From contig NW_021833918.1 in NCBI RefSeq assembly GCF_006345805.1, positions 1 through 53,106 of the forward strand: 53,106 bases of DNA, read 5' to 3'. Position 1 is the stretch's first letter. The number at the start of each line of letters is the position of its first letter. Shown in pieces: positions 35,740 through 48,439 of this stretch. Source of the DNA: Octopus sinensis (taxonomy: Eukaryota). The notes below the pieces were generated by a model. The model saw only the letters and a program-made list of their open reading frames with translations, did no database searches and was not told the DNA's origin. A program made the translations under genes and the position numbers.

Positions 35740-36260
35740 GAGTGAGGAACAAGTTATGGTGTGGTGGCCATGGGAAGAGGTGTGTTGTGGCAGTTAGGAC
35801 AAGTTGTGTGATAGTGAGGACATGCTGTGTAGCGGTTAGGACATATTGTATACTATAGAGCTGCGTGATTCAAGGACATGTACAGCAATTAGGACAAACT
35901 GTATGTTATAGAGTTGTGATAGGGAGGACATGTGTAGAAATTAGGACAAATTGTATGTTATAGAGATGTGATAGGGAGGACATGTTTGTGTAGCAATTAG
36001 GACAAACTGTATGTTACAGAGATGTGATAAGGACATGTGTAGAAATTAGGACAAATTGTATGTTATAGAGATGTGATAGGGAGGACATGTTTGTGTAGCA
36101 ATTAGGACAAACTGTATGGTATAGAGTTGTGACAGGGAGGACATGTGTAGCAATTAGGACAAATGTTATAGGGTACTGGGGTACAGTATGATAGTCTGGG
36201 GACAAGTTGTGCGAGTGTTGTGTGGCAGTTAGGACATATGTGATGCAGATATTAGGACAT
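35740..36260. repeat. Minisatellite, about 50-56 bp unit (gttatagagatgtgatagggaggacatgt...aattaggacaaa)
   Basis: Direct inspection. Confidence 0.85.
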
Positions 36261-36899
36261 CGTGTGTAGTGCATAATGAAATGTAGTTTTGCAGTGTGAG
36301 CCTGTTGGCCTGGGGACTTAGCTGTCTGTAACAACCAGGGTCTTGAACATACCATTCTGTATCAGTCTGCGATGCATTGTTGCACCGTATCCTGCATGTT
36401 GCAGCTATATTCTGTGTACATGGATGCACAATCAAATTACACTACACTGCACATGGTGCAGAGTAGCTGCAGCTGGGATGGTACGTCGCTTGAAGCGAAT
36501 GCCGGTGTGGGTTGCATTTCACCTGCTGTCCAGTTTGGTCTTGGGTGATTCAGTGATGTTCATCATGGTCCAGTTAACATCTTCCTAATTAATTAATACC
36601 TTTGCAACATATTACTGCATTTCCTCTCTCCCTCTGTCTCCACCTCCACCCCCTCTTCTCCGCCTCTGCCTCTCCTCCTCCTCTCTCTTTCTCTCTCTCT
36701 CTCCCCCTCTACTGCTCTTTCATTATCCCTCTCCTCCCCCTACCACTCATTATTTACAATTTCATTATGTTGGGTATTTTTTTTTTCCATTTAAAAAAAT
36801 TTTTAATATTTAAAATATAAATGAAAAAAATCCATTGTTACCACCACCACCACACCACCACCACTACCACTGCTACTACTATTGCTGCTGCTACTACTA

Positions 36900-37232
36900 T
36901 TTATGCCGTGGATTGGTTGAGTTGGTAGAGCAATGGACAAAAATACTTTTCACTATTTTAGTTACAGGCCTTTACATTCTAAGTTCAAATCCCGCCGAGG
37001 TCAACTTTGCCTTTCATCCCTCCAGAGCCGATAAAATAAAGTACCAGTGATGTACCGGGGTCTTTGTAATCAACTAATGCCCTTCCCCCAAATTTCTGAC
37101 CTCGCACCTATTCTAGAAAGCATTATTATTATTATTATTATTATTATAAAATAAAGTACCAGTGGGGTCAAGAGAATTGACTGCTCCCTTCTCTTTCCCA
37201 AATTTGTGGCTGTGTGCCAAAAGTTTTGAAAC

Positions 37233-37265
<33 letters not shown>

Positions 37266-37472
37266 GGCGACGAGCTGGCAGAATCGTTAGCACGCCAGGC
37301 AAAGTGCTAAGCAGTCGTTACGTTTTGAGTTCAAATTCCACTGAGGTCGACTCTGCCTTTCATCCTTTCAGGGTCGACAAAATTAAATACCAGTGAAACA
37401 TTGGGGGTCGATGTAGTTGACTTACCCCCCTCTCCCCTCAAAATTTCAGGCCTTGTGCCCAATGTAGAATGG

Positions 37473-37512
<40 letters not shown>

Positions 37513-37716
37513 TGGCGAGCTAGCAGAACATGCTGAGTAAATTGCTTAACAATATTTTTTTTCCATCTTTATGTCCTGAGTTCAAATTCTGCTGAGGTCG
37601 ACTTAGCCTTTTTACCTTTCAGGGTCAATAAAATAAGTACCAGTTGTGCTCTGGGGTCAATGCAATCGACATACCCCTCCTCAGAAATTTCAAGTCTTGT
37701 GCCCATAGTAAAAAGG

Positions 37717-37786
<70 letters not shown>

Positions 37787-38632
37787 GTATTATTATTATA
37801 GTATTTAAAGCAGTGAGCTGGCTGAGTCGTTAGCACACCAAGCAAAACGCTTGGAGGTATCTCTTCTGGCTTTACATTCTGAGTTCAAATCCCGCCAAGG
37901 TCACCTTTACCTTTTCATCCTTTTGAGATTGATAAAATAAGTACCAGTCACGTATTGGTGTCGATGTAATCAACTGAATTCTCCTTCCCCCCCTAAATCC
38001 GCCGGCCTTGTACCAACATTCAAAGCCTTTTATTATTATTATTATTATTATTGTCATTGAAGGCAGCAAGCTGGCAGAATTGTTAGCAAGCCAGACAAAA
38101 TGTTCATTGACATTTTGTCCATCTATGTTCTGAGTTCAAATCCTGCTGAGGTCAGTTTTGCTTTTCATCCTTAGGGGCTCAGTGAAATAAGCACCAGCTG
38201 AGCCCTGGGGGTCAGTGTAATCGATTGCACCGGCCCCCATTCCCCATTGCTAGGATTATTATTATTTTTATTAGGGGTGGTGGGCAGGGGGGGATCAACA
38301 GAATAATTAGAATTATTGAAAAATGTCTTGTGGTATTTATATGTTTCGGGTCTTTATGCCCTGAGTTCAAATCCTGCTGAGGTTAACTTTGCCTTTCATC
38401 CTCCAGAGTAGGTAAAATAAAGTAGCAGTCATGTACTGGGGTCCATGTACCAATTGATTGAGCCCTGCCCCTCAAAATTGATGGCCTTGTACCAAAATGC
38501 TTAGCAGCATTCCATCTGTCTGCGTTTTGAGTTCAGATGCCACCGAGATAGACTTTGCCTTTCATCCTTTGTGGGATGAAAGGCAACCCGAAATTGCTGG
38601 CCTTGTGCCAAAATTTGAAACCATCATCATCA

Positions 38633-38677
<45 letters not shown>

Positions 38678-38880
38678 GAAGGCGGAGCATGCTGGACGAA
38701 ATGCCTAGTGGTGTTTCATCCGCCTTCAGGTTCTGAGTTCAAATTCTGCTGAGGCTGACTTTGCCTTTCATCCTTTCAGGGTCGATAAATTAAGTACCAG
38801 TGACACACTGGGGTCAAAGTAATCGACTCATCACCACCTCCCACCAAGCTGCCCTTGTGGCAAAAATTTGAAATAATAGA

Positions 38881-38912
<32 letters not shown>

Positions 38913-39397
38913 GAAGGTGGCGAGGTGGCTGAATTGTTAGCACACTGGGTGAAACGCTTAGCAGTATCTTGTCTGCTGCAGTGTTCTGAGTTCAAATTCC
39001 ACCAAGGTCAACTTTACCGTTCATCCTTTTGGCAGTGGGGTTGATATATTAAGTACCAGTTGAGTACTGGGGTCGACGCTATCAACTATCCCCCTCCCCC
39101 AAATTTCAGACCTTATACCTGTAGTAGAAAGGATTATCATTATTATTATTATTATTATTATTGTTATTATTATTAAGATGGTGAGCTGGCAGAATTCTTA
39201 GCATGTCAGGAAAAAAATGCTTAGCCTCATTTTGTTTTTCTTTTACATCATTCTGAGTTCAAATTCTGCTGAGGTCGACTTTGGCTTTCATCCTTCTAGG
39301 GGGGTCTATAAAATAGGTCCCTGTGAAGTACTAGGATTGATGTAAATGACTTGCCCCCTCCCCTCAAAACTGCTGACTCTGTCCTAAAATTTGAAAC

Positions 39398-39430
<33 letters not shown>

Positions 39431-39700
39431 GGCAGCCAATTGGTAGAATCGTTAGCATGCCAGATGAAATTCTTTGTGGTATTTGGTCCATTGATATTCT
39501 GTCAGGGTTGACTTTGCCCCCAAATTTCAGGCCTTGCGCCTATAGTAGAAAGGATTATTATTATTATTATTATTATGGCAGAATCATGTAAGCAGCAGAA
39601 ATAAAAAAAAAAGTTTAAAAAAACCCATGCAATTTTTAGTTACTTTTTTTTTATAGATTCTGGGTTTCAAATCTTAGCAGAGGTCGACGTCATCATCCAT
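36900..39700 (+). mobile_element. Head-to-tail cluster of about a dozen family-A-related SINE copies with (ATT)n tails
   Basis: Repeated gagttcaaat...gaggtcgactttgcctttcatcc...aagtaccag units, all on +, separated by (ATT)n; further copies at about 40890-41310, 42060-42250 and 51570-51900. Confidence 0.85.
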
Positions 39701-40353
39701 TTCTGGGGTTGCTAAAATGAAATGCCGCCAATCAAGAACTGGACTTGATAAAATTGACTACATTCACTCCTACCCCTCTCGCCCCCCTTGGGGTAGAGCA
39801 AGGGGTGGGGTGTGTCCTATATTTGAATTCATCATCATCATTATCATCATCATCATCATCATCATCAACATCATCATCATTATTATTATTAATAATTAAT
39901 TATAATTCTTATTGATGTGGTGATTGTTGTGGTCACGTTGATGTGTGTTTTAAGTAAAAGAACCAAGTGCGTTTAAACTGCTTTCAATCTGGGATTGGAC
40001 CTGCTTCATATATTTTGATATGTCTTTGTATAATGGATCTTGGAAAAAAAAAAAAAAAAGAGAAAAAAAAAGAAAGGCATGAACCTCACAACTTTCTATT
40101 CCTACCCTCCTCTCCCCCCAAACCCTTTACAAAAAACAAAAACAGTACAAAACAACAGTATCTACAGACCTCTTGCCTCTTGTTATTACTAATATTATTG
40201 TCTTCATTATTACTACTATTATTATTATTAATATTATTATTAAAATAAAAAAAGTAAAGACTAAGAGAAATAATGAATAAATAAATGAAAATGTATTATT
40301 ATTATTTTTATTTTTATTTTTATTATTTTTATTATTATTTTATTATTCTTAAT

Positions 40354-40830
40354 TCATCATCATCATCGTTTAGCGTCCGCTTTCCATGCTAGCATGGGTT
40401 GGACGGTTCAACTGGGGTCTGGGAAGCCAGGAGGTTGCACCAGGCTCCAGTCTGATCTGGTAGTGTTTCTACAGCTGGATGCCCTTCCTAATGCCAATCA
40501 CTCCGTGAGTGTAGTGGGTGCTTTTTACGGGCCACCACCGGCACGGGCCAGACGAGGCTGGCAACGGCCACGATCGGATGGTGCTTTTTACGTGCCACCT
40601 GCACAGGTGCCAGATGAGGCTGGCAAACGGCCATGATCGGATGGTGCTTTTTACGTGCCAGATGAGGCTGGCAAACGGCCACGATCGGATGGTGCTTTTT
40701 TTACGTGCCACTGGCACGGAGGCCAGTCGGGGTGGTGCTGGCAACGGCCACGTTTGGATGGTTCTCTTACGTGCCACCGGCACTGGTATCACAGCTACAA
40801 TTTCCATTGATGTTGATCGATTTCAATTTT
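40354..40830 (-). mobile_element. SINE family C copy with expanded internal tandem units
   Basis: Several repeats of ggcaacggccacgatcggatggtgctttttacgtgccac. Confidence 0.75.
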
Positions 40831-41326
40831 GATTTTTGATTTTAATATAATTTATTTATTACCCTGGTTGTGGGTTGGTTCTTCAATGGTGATAATGGCG
40901 TGGCAGAAGTGTTAGAGCGTCGGAGAAAATGCCTTGCAGTATTTCTTCTGGTACCTTGTGTTCTGAGTTCAAATCCCACAGATGTCATCTTGGCTTTTTA
41001 TCTTTTATCGGGGCTGATAAAATAAAGTACCAGTGAAATACTGGGGCTGATGTGGTTGACTGTCCTCTTCCTCCCAACGTTTTCATCTCGTGTGTCTGTA
41101 AGAAATTATTGCCATTAGGGGCTGGCAGAGACCCTTAGCATGTCTGAGAAAATGTTTAGGGGCAGTTCTTCTGGTTCTTTGTTTTGAGCTTGAAAACTGC
41201 CGAGGTAGACCCTGTCTTTCATCCTTTCAGAGTTGATGAAATAAATACCAGTTGAGTGCTGGGGTTGATGTAATCAACTTTCTCCACTCCATCAAAATTG
41301 CTGGCCTTGTGTCAAAATAAGAATGA

Positions 41327-41880
41327 ACTAGCTGTTGGCCCCAGCGTTGCTCGTGTTTTCCGTGTTGAAGTTAAGCCCACCTCTGACCTTGTATTGAAAT
41401 CTTCTACGTCCCCCGTGCCAACTATTGCCCATTAAGCTGTTATATCTGGTTTGGCAGGCTGTTGCTGAATGAATAGATGTGTGGCAGGCAGACGGAAAAT
41501 GGTCAGAGCAGTTGGCGGAGTTTTGATGATGGAGCGGAGTTTTTGCAGCTGATGACGATGTGTTGAATGGTGCAGTGAAGGGAGGCTGAAGTAATAAACG
41601 AATATTCTATCGATTTTGTTGAAATTTTACAAGTGGAAAAAATGCAAAAGCTGCCAGAAAAATAACATCATTATGGGAATTTCCATTCAGACACCCGATT
41701 GAGCTCACAAAAATCGATGCCAACTGAGCCTTATCGAGTTTTCGAAAAATTCTGGCCTTAATTGGGCATGTGATCTACCTATGGGCCAAAAATCATTAAA
41801 ATCGGTTGGACGGTGTGGGAGGAGTTAGAGTAACCCCAGACACACAGACAGACACCATTACACATTGATGTATATAGATA
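41327..41880 (+). mobile_element. Helentron/DINE-like element
   Basis: actagctgttggccccagcgttgctcg start; cacacagacagac...tatatagat end. Confidence 0.5.
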
Positions 41881-43149
41881 TATTGACAGAAATGTCTCTT
41901 ACTGGCAGAAGGTGGGTGAGATTTGAACCCTTACTGCACAGCCCCAAAAGAGACACCACATGGCATTCTGTATCTGTTTGATGCTCTACCAATTCTGTCA
42001 GTCTTGTGTAGGTAATTTAATTATCAACTTTGAAAGGATGGGAAAAAGAAAAAAAAGATGGTGGAATCATTAAGGCGCCAGACAAAATACTTAGCAGCAG
42101 ATCTTTCAGCCCTTTATGCTCTGAATTCAAATTCTACTAAGGTAGATTCTTCTTTTCATCCCTTCAGAGTCAATAAGTAACCCCATTGTGGTTGATAAAA
42201 TTAATCCCCAACCCCTAAAACTACTGGCCTTGTTCCAAAATTAGAAAGAACTCCTCTTTTTATTATTATTATTATTATTATTGTTAGGGTTTTTTTATTT
42301 TTTTCATGCGCCCTTTTCAAGCCTAGCCAGGCTCATCGGCTCGGTTTCCTAGTTTCTATGGTGTATGTGTGTGTCCTCCTCCCACCCAGCTGGATGGATG
42401 CCAGTCCATCGCAGCGTTACTCAAGAAACAGGAAGAGAGAGTGAGAGAAAGTTGGGGCGAAAGAGTACAGCAGGGGTCGCTACCACCCCCTGCTGGAGCC
42501 TCGTGGGGCTTTTAGGTGTTTTCACTCAATAAACACACACAACGCCCGGTCTGGGAATCGAAACCCAATCCTACGACTGCGAGAAGTGTTTGGTTGATTC
42601 CAGCAACCCCAGGACTTTTTGTTTATGTTGATCAATTCACGGATGGTGGATGAAAGGCAAAGTTGATCCTAGATTCGAACCCAGAATCTAATGAGTTAAA
42701 ATAAATCCACAAAGCACTTTTTTTTCCCCTTTCTGATGCTTCAACAATTCTGTCACAGAAATTGTGGAAATACAAACATTTTAAGTTTTTCCGTTTTTTA
42801 TCTTAATTCATAACCGAAAGATGATGGCATTTGGTTAGACCCCACTATCATGTGATCAAACCTGATAACACTCGGAGTGGTGTGGTGGTAGTGGTGGTCA
42901 CGGAAGGATTGTCAGCTGTAACGCATGTTACATATACATTAATGGTTGAGCCTGTTTAAGGAACTTTTTACTGTAATTCTTCAGAACACTCATGGAGAGT
43001 CTATTTCTGCACCAGAGACTGGTTTCATGCCGGTCAATCTTTATCCACAGACCAAGGGATCATCTAAACAAGAAAATACCATAAACTGCATAAGTATATA
43101 ATTTAATTAATACACACACACATATACATACATACATACATACATATAT

Positions 43150-43570
43150 ATATATATATTAAAAAAATACAAAGTGGGTCAAGAACGCAAAACATCAAGA
43201 TAGACATATATATATATATAAAAAAATTCTTATATAATATATATATATATAAATTTTTTTGCATAATGGGATAAAAAATCAAGGCTGTGTAGATTTTAGA
43301 ACATTTATAGATAGAAGGTCTTACAGCTGTTTCCAGGATATTTATTATATGCCTTCATCGGAGACGGTGTGAGAGGATGGTTAAGTAATCGTTAATTTAG
43401 ATAAGATATAAAATAGAGAGTGAGGTGGAGGAAATAAAAGAAAATAGATGTGAGATATGTAGGGATATTGTACTTGTAGATCCATTTTTTTAGGCAGAAT
43501 GGTATATATGTAAGATTCCAATACCTTATGAGTAAAATCCAATAGTATTTAAAATTGGTCATTCCAAGTA
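43150..43570 (-). mobile_element. Penelope-like element 3' remnant with hammerhead-like motif
   Basis: Minus frame HKVLESYIYTILPKKMDLQ (like the GIY-YIG C-terminus RKxLESxxI...P..N.Q) upstream of gtct-CCGATGA...GAAA-cagctg-TA-agac at 43318-43365. Confidence 0.55.
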
Positions 43571-43606
43571 CAGAGTTTATACACAGTATATATATATATA
43601 TATATA

Positions 43607-43845
43607 CAAGGTGGCCCAAAAGTAGGTTTAGAGTTATCACATAGGCGCTTGAAATTTCTTTTAAGACATTTTATTACATTTAAATTTCTGTCTTACAAAC
43701 TGAAAAAGGAGTTTGACAAAATTAATTAAATTAGCAAAGAATAATGGTTTCATATTTTTGTTTTTATATTTAAGATCTAAACTGTTGATATATGAATGGG
43801 AAAGAGAGAGTTGAATAACTGTAAACCTACTTTTGGGCCACCCTG
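43607..43845. mobile_element. Tc1/mariner MITE
   Basis: TA-CAAGGTGGCCCAAAAGTAGGTTTA ... TAAACCTACTTTTGGGCCACCCTG-TA. Confidence 0.85.
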
Positions 43846-44160
43846 TATATATGTGTATATATATGTGTGTATGTGTATATATATATAACTATTTCTTTAC
43901 TACCCACAAGGGGCTAAACACAGAGGGGACAAACAAGGACAGACAAACGGATTAAATCGATTACATCGACCCCAGTGCGTAACTGGTACTTAATTTATCG
44001 ACCCTGAAAAGATATGATACATATGTATTAAATGTACATTACATAATTATATACACACACATAAATCTATATGATATATAGTATTATATATATATTACAT
44101 ACACATATATATACATGCACACACACCCATATTCCATACATTCACACACATATATGCACA

Positions 44161-44286
<126 letters not shown>

Positions 44287-45112
44287 GGTACATATGTATT
44301 ACATGTATATTACACACACATGTTATACATTGCAAAAACACCTTGCAGTCTGTGAGTCAACAAAATAAGAATTTGATGAAATTCTTCTTCCGATCTAATC
44401 TGTCTCTAAGCGTTTGTCATGTGTATGAGATGATTTTCCTCAGGACGATCCCTGCAGTTTATGGCATTTACTCAGCAAACCTAGGTTGAGTTGGATGCAC
44501 AAATTAATATTCTTTACAAAGACCGTTTCCATTGCTAATAACTGAAAGTCTGTTCTTTGTGCAAGGCCCGGTACCAAATGATCCATGCTCCTCTACTGGT
44601 TTGTAGTTTGGTGGTCAAAGACTCCTGATTTAGAGAACACACACACACAGGTTTGAATTTATAAATGAGGAGCGAGTATGTAATTATTTATTGTAGTAAC
44701 GAGATTGCGCTCCGTTGCTCTTCCGATTTTTGTAATTCATCACTGGTTCCAGAGTGAAGGCTGTTTTTACTAAAGAGTATGTAGCACAGTGCCTAATGGC
44801 ATAACTTTTGTGGAAACTCAGAGTAGTAACAAAATAATCTCTGGACAGCAACAACAAAAACAATGTAAAACCGTTCGCAGTAAAAAAAAGCACAGTATAA
44901 TTCGGATAAAAACCTTGTAACATGCATCTAAGATCTCTTACGTTTTTATGTGGTTACCACATGTTATCTTGTAGTAGGATATATTCCAGGGATGGATACA
45001 CATGTGGGACTCCTCTTTGCGTAAGATTAATACAAGGGATGGAGGATATCAGACTTTAATAGTAAACTACAAACTAATTATAATTCTTAAATCTGACAGA
45101 AAAAAGTAGGTA

Positions 45113-45184
45113 AGTTCGTTAGTGTAACTGGTAGCACACTCAGTCACATGAACAGAGGTGTGGGTTTGTATCCCACGCGTGCTG
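45113..45184 (+). pseudogene. Degenerate tRNA-like sequence (possible SINE head or element-borne tRNA)
   Basis: A box TAGTGTAACTGG; D-stem GTGT/GCAC; T-stem GTGGG/CCCAC; acceptor stem 6/7 paired; anticodon stem unpaired; B box decayed (GTTTGTATC). Confidence 0.5.
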
Positions 45185-46033
45185 GAAAACCTACTTTTTT
45201 CTGTTGAGGGCTTATATACCCCATTATTAGACTATTTTTTTAAGTCACTGCGTGGTGATCGCTTATAAACTTTAAGCTTATAAAATACTATTAGTATTAT
45301 TTACAGAATATATATTTATATATATATGTATATATATCTTTGCACTGTATATATGCATATGTATATATATATATATATGTATATCAAATGTGAGGATAAA
45401 ATTCTTTTCGAAAAAAAAAAATATATATTTTCTCGAAAAAAATTTTATCAATGACCAGCATATTAAAAAATACCTTTAACGGTTAAATTTATAAACAATT
45501 CATGATTGAGGGCAAAGGAAAAAAAATTCTAATGCCAAATATGCCCAAAAATTGGACATATTGTCCATTAACCATATAATTTTTTCACAGTACGCACGCT
45601 ACTCGAAAAAAGGCTGACAGAAATTTCTAAAAAATTATGTAAATATATATGTGTATATATATGTGTATATATACATATATATATGCACAGAGAAACATTT
45701 CAAAAGTAAATAGACCCCCACCTCTTCCCCATTATACCGGTTTATCTGTGAAGGCACTACTTGATACTTCCAACTTCTCAATGTATTATGCGCAGGGTAT
45801 GTCTTCGAAATACCAGATTAAGGCATCAATTAACATTATTTTATTTCCAGAAATAAATCTTTCAAAAATAATGGCATCTATTAACTTTTGAGGTGTCTTC
45901 TGTGTATTTATTTATTTCGGTTGAGTCATTCTGTTGCTACTCTGAGTTATATACATACGTATGTGTATATATATAAATATATACATATATGTATATATAT
46001 ATATGTGTATATATATATATCTATATATATATA

Positions 46034-46066
<33 letters not shown>

Positions 46067-46131
46067 GTGTTTATATACATATATACGCATGTATATATAG
46101 ATATGTATATATATATATATGTGTATAATAT

Positions 46132-46163
<32 letters not shown>

Positions 46164-46216
46164 CATGTGTTTATATACATATATACGCATGTATATATAG
46201 ATATGTATATTATATA

Positions 46217-46261
<45 letters not shown>

Positions 46262-47077
46262 CGTAGATGAATGAAAAAATGCATTGTAAATAAAGGGTAG
46301 ATAAAAAAACGTCCGTATAAGACACAGAGGGTCCCTAATTCTTCATCAGTTGTCAACCAGAATGGTAATACTCAGTTTTGCACCTTTCATGATAAGACTG
46401 AGGGGCTTACCATCTTGGCGGTGCCTGCAAAAGACGCAGAGAGTCAGGCCTCAAGCAAACAAAATTATATATATAGTAATAATAATAATAATAATGATAA
46501 TAATCCAGGGATGGAACTTGTGAATATTTTGATGCATCAGCTTAAATTCCATCCAAGGAATATTATTATTATTGTATTTATCCTAAGTTAAGTTAATTTT
46601 TTGGCTCAAAAAGCAAAAGCAGGGCCATGTAGGGGGGCATAGAGTTATGTACAGGGAGGGTGTTCATGCAATGAGTTCAGGCCACTGTGTGGTACCTTGG
46701 GTAAATGTCTCCTCTTATATAGCACCAAGCTGACCAAAGCTTTGTGAGGAGATTTGGAAGACGGAAACTAAAAGAAGCCTGTTTCATATATATATACACA
46801 CACATACACATATAGTTGTGGGAAGATGGCTTGGGTTTGATATTATTTAGTTGAGGAGGCTGTTAAGTTAAGTAAATTTTTTGGCTTAAAAAGCAAAAAG
46901 CAAGGCCATGTAGGGGGACATGGAGTTGTGTACAGGGTGGGTGTTCATGCAAAGAGTTCAGGCCATTTCTGGTCAAGAGAGACTTTGAACCGGGCGGTCG
47001 TCAGCATCTTCACTATCTCATCCGGCAGCTTATTCCATGGATCTGCAACCCGGACAGAGAAAGATTATATTGGCACA

Positions 47078-47187
47078 GCTTAGTGCAACCCCCCAAAAAT
47101 TGCTGTCAGGATGTAGCTGGCACAAGAAAATAGGAGCTTTTGTATACATATTCAAAGACATTCCTGTAAACAGACTCAAAGGATCTA

Positions 47188-47225
<38 letters not shown>

Positions 47226-47882
47226 ACCATCTGAAAACCTTTGGGACATTAAGGACAGGCCCCAGAATTCTTCCCATCATCAGAAGTTACCCTTAATGAG
47301 GCCAAACTCAACTTTACATTTTTCAATCCTTATCATGTGCTCTTCATAACACACACACACAGGTGGAGTGCTTTTTGATTGACTTCGATGAATAGTTTAG
47401 AAATTTGGGGACAGATTTTTTTTACATTTTCCTTTTTTTTCTCCCTAAGGAGCAGGTCCTTATTTAAGGATTTTGTGGAGGTGAGCTTGGTGCAACCCCA
47501 CAAAATTGCTGTTAGGTTGTAACTGGCACGAGAAAATAGGAGCATTTGTATACATACTCAAAGACATTTATGTAAACAGACTCAAAGGATCTATAGATAT
47601 ATACAGAATACCATCTGAAAACCTTTGGGACATTAAGGACAGGCCCAGAATTCTTCCCATCATCAGAAATTACCCTTAATGAGGCCAAACTCAACTTTAC
47701 ATTTTTCATTCCTCTTCATGTGCTCTTCATAACACACACACACACATGGGATGAATAGTTTAGAAATTTGGGGACAGATTTTTTTTTTTACATTTTTCTT
47801 TTTCTTTTTTTTTTTTTCCTTTTTTTTTTTCTTTTTTTTTTCCCCTAAGGAGCAGGTCCTTATTTAAGGATTTTGTGGAGGT
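47078..47882. repeat. Tandem duplication of an about 400-bp unit
   Basis: 47078-47483 matches 47484-47882 (gctt.gtgcaaccc...taaggattttgtggaggtg). Confidence 0.85.
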
Positions 47883-48439
47883 GGGAGTTGAAGGTTGAAG
47901 TCCCTCACTCACTGCTACCGAATCTGAAGAACTTCCATTTATCTTCACGTTCAGCATTGGTAAACTCACATCGGAGAGTGTGGCTGTATTATTTCTACAG
48001 GATGTCATCAACTTCCGGAATATTCTAATTGAGATTTTCCTGCTAACTTTTCCGGAATTGCTTTTGGTTAATTAACTAATTAATTTGTCTTCTGTGGTCT
48101 TTTACTGTAAACAAATACTGCTTTTTCTTTTTCTTTTTGTTATGATTATTATTATTATTATTATTATTTTTTTTTTTTTTTCCATTTCACTTCCCAGATG
48201 TGTGTCCCAGTGAACGGGGTGGGATAAGGTAGAAGAGGAGGATGAAGATGTGGAGGCTTTCATTGGTGGCCCTTATACCTGTGTATTACATGTTTGCAGC
48301 TTTCTGTTAAGGGATTTGAAACTGTGTTTTCGAGTTTAAAAATATGTTTCTTTTTTTTACCGTTTACTTGTTTCAGTCATTAGGCTGCGACCATTCTGGG
48401 GCAGAAAATAATTTGTTATGTGTGTAATATATACATATG

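Noticed and set aside
36280-36600. Unique-looking sequence as possible exons (also 42800-43080, 44350-44920 and 48180-48300)
   Set aside because: Stops in most frames, weak or unpaired splice sites and no recognisable protein motif
46300-46360. Minus-strand CTGATGA as a possible hammerhead
   Set aside because: No GAAA or closing stems identifiable
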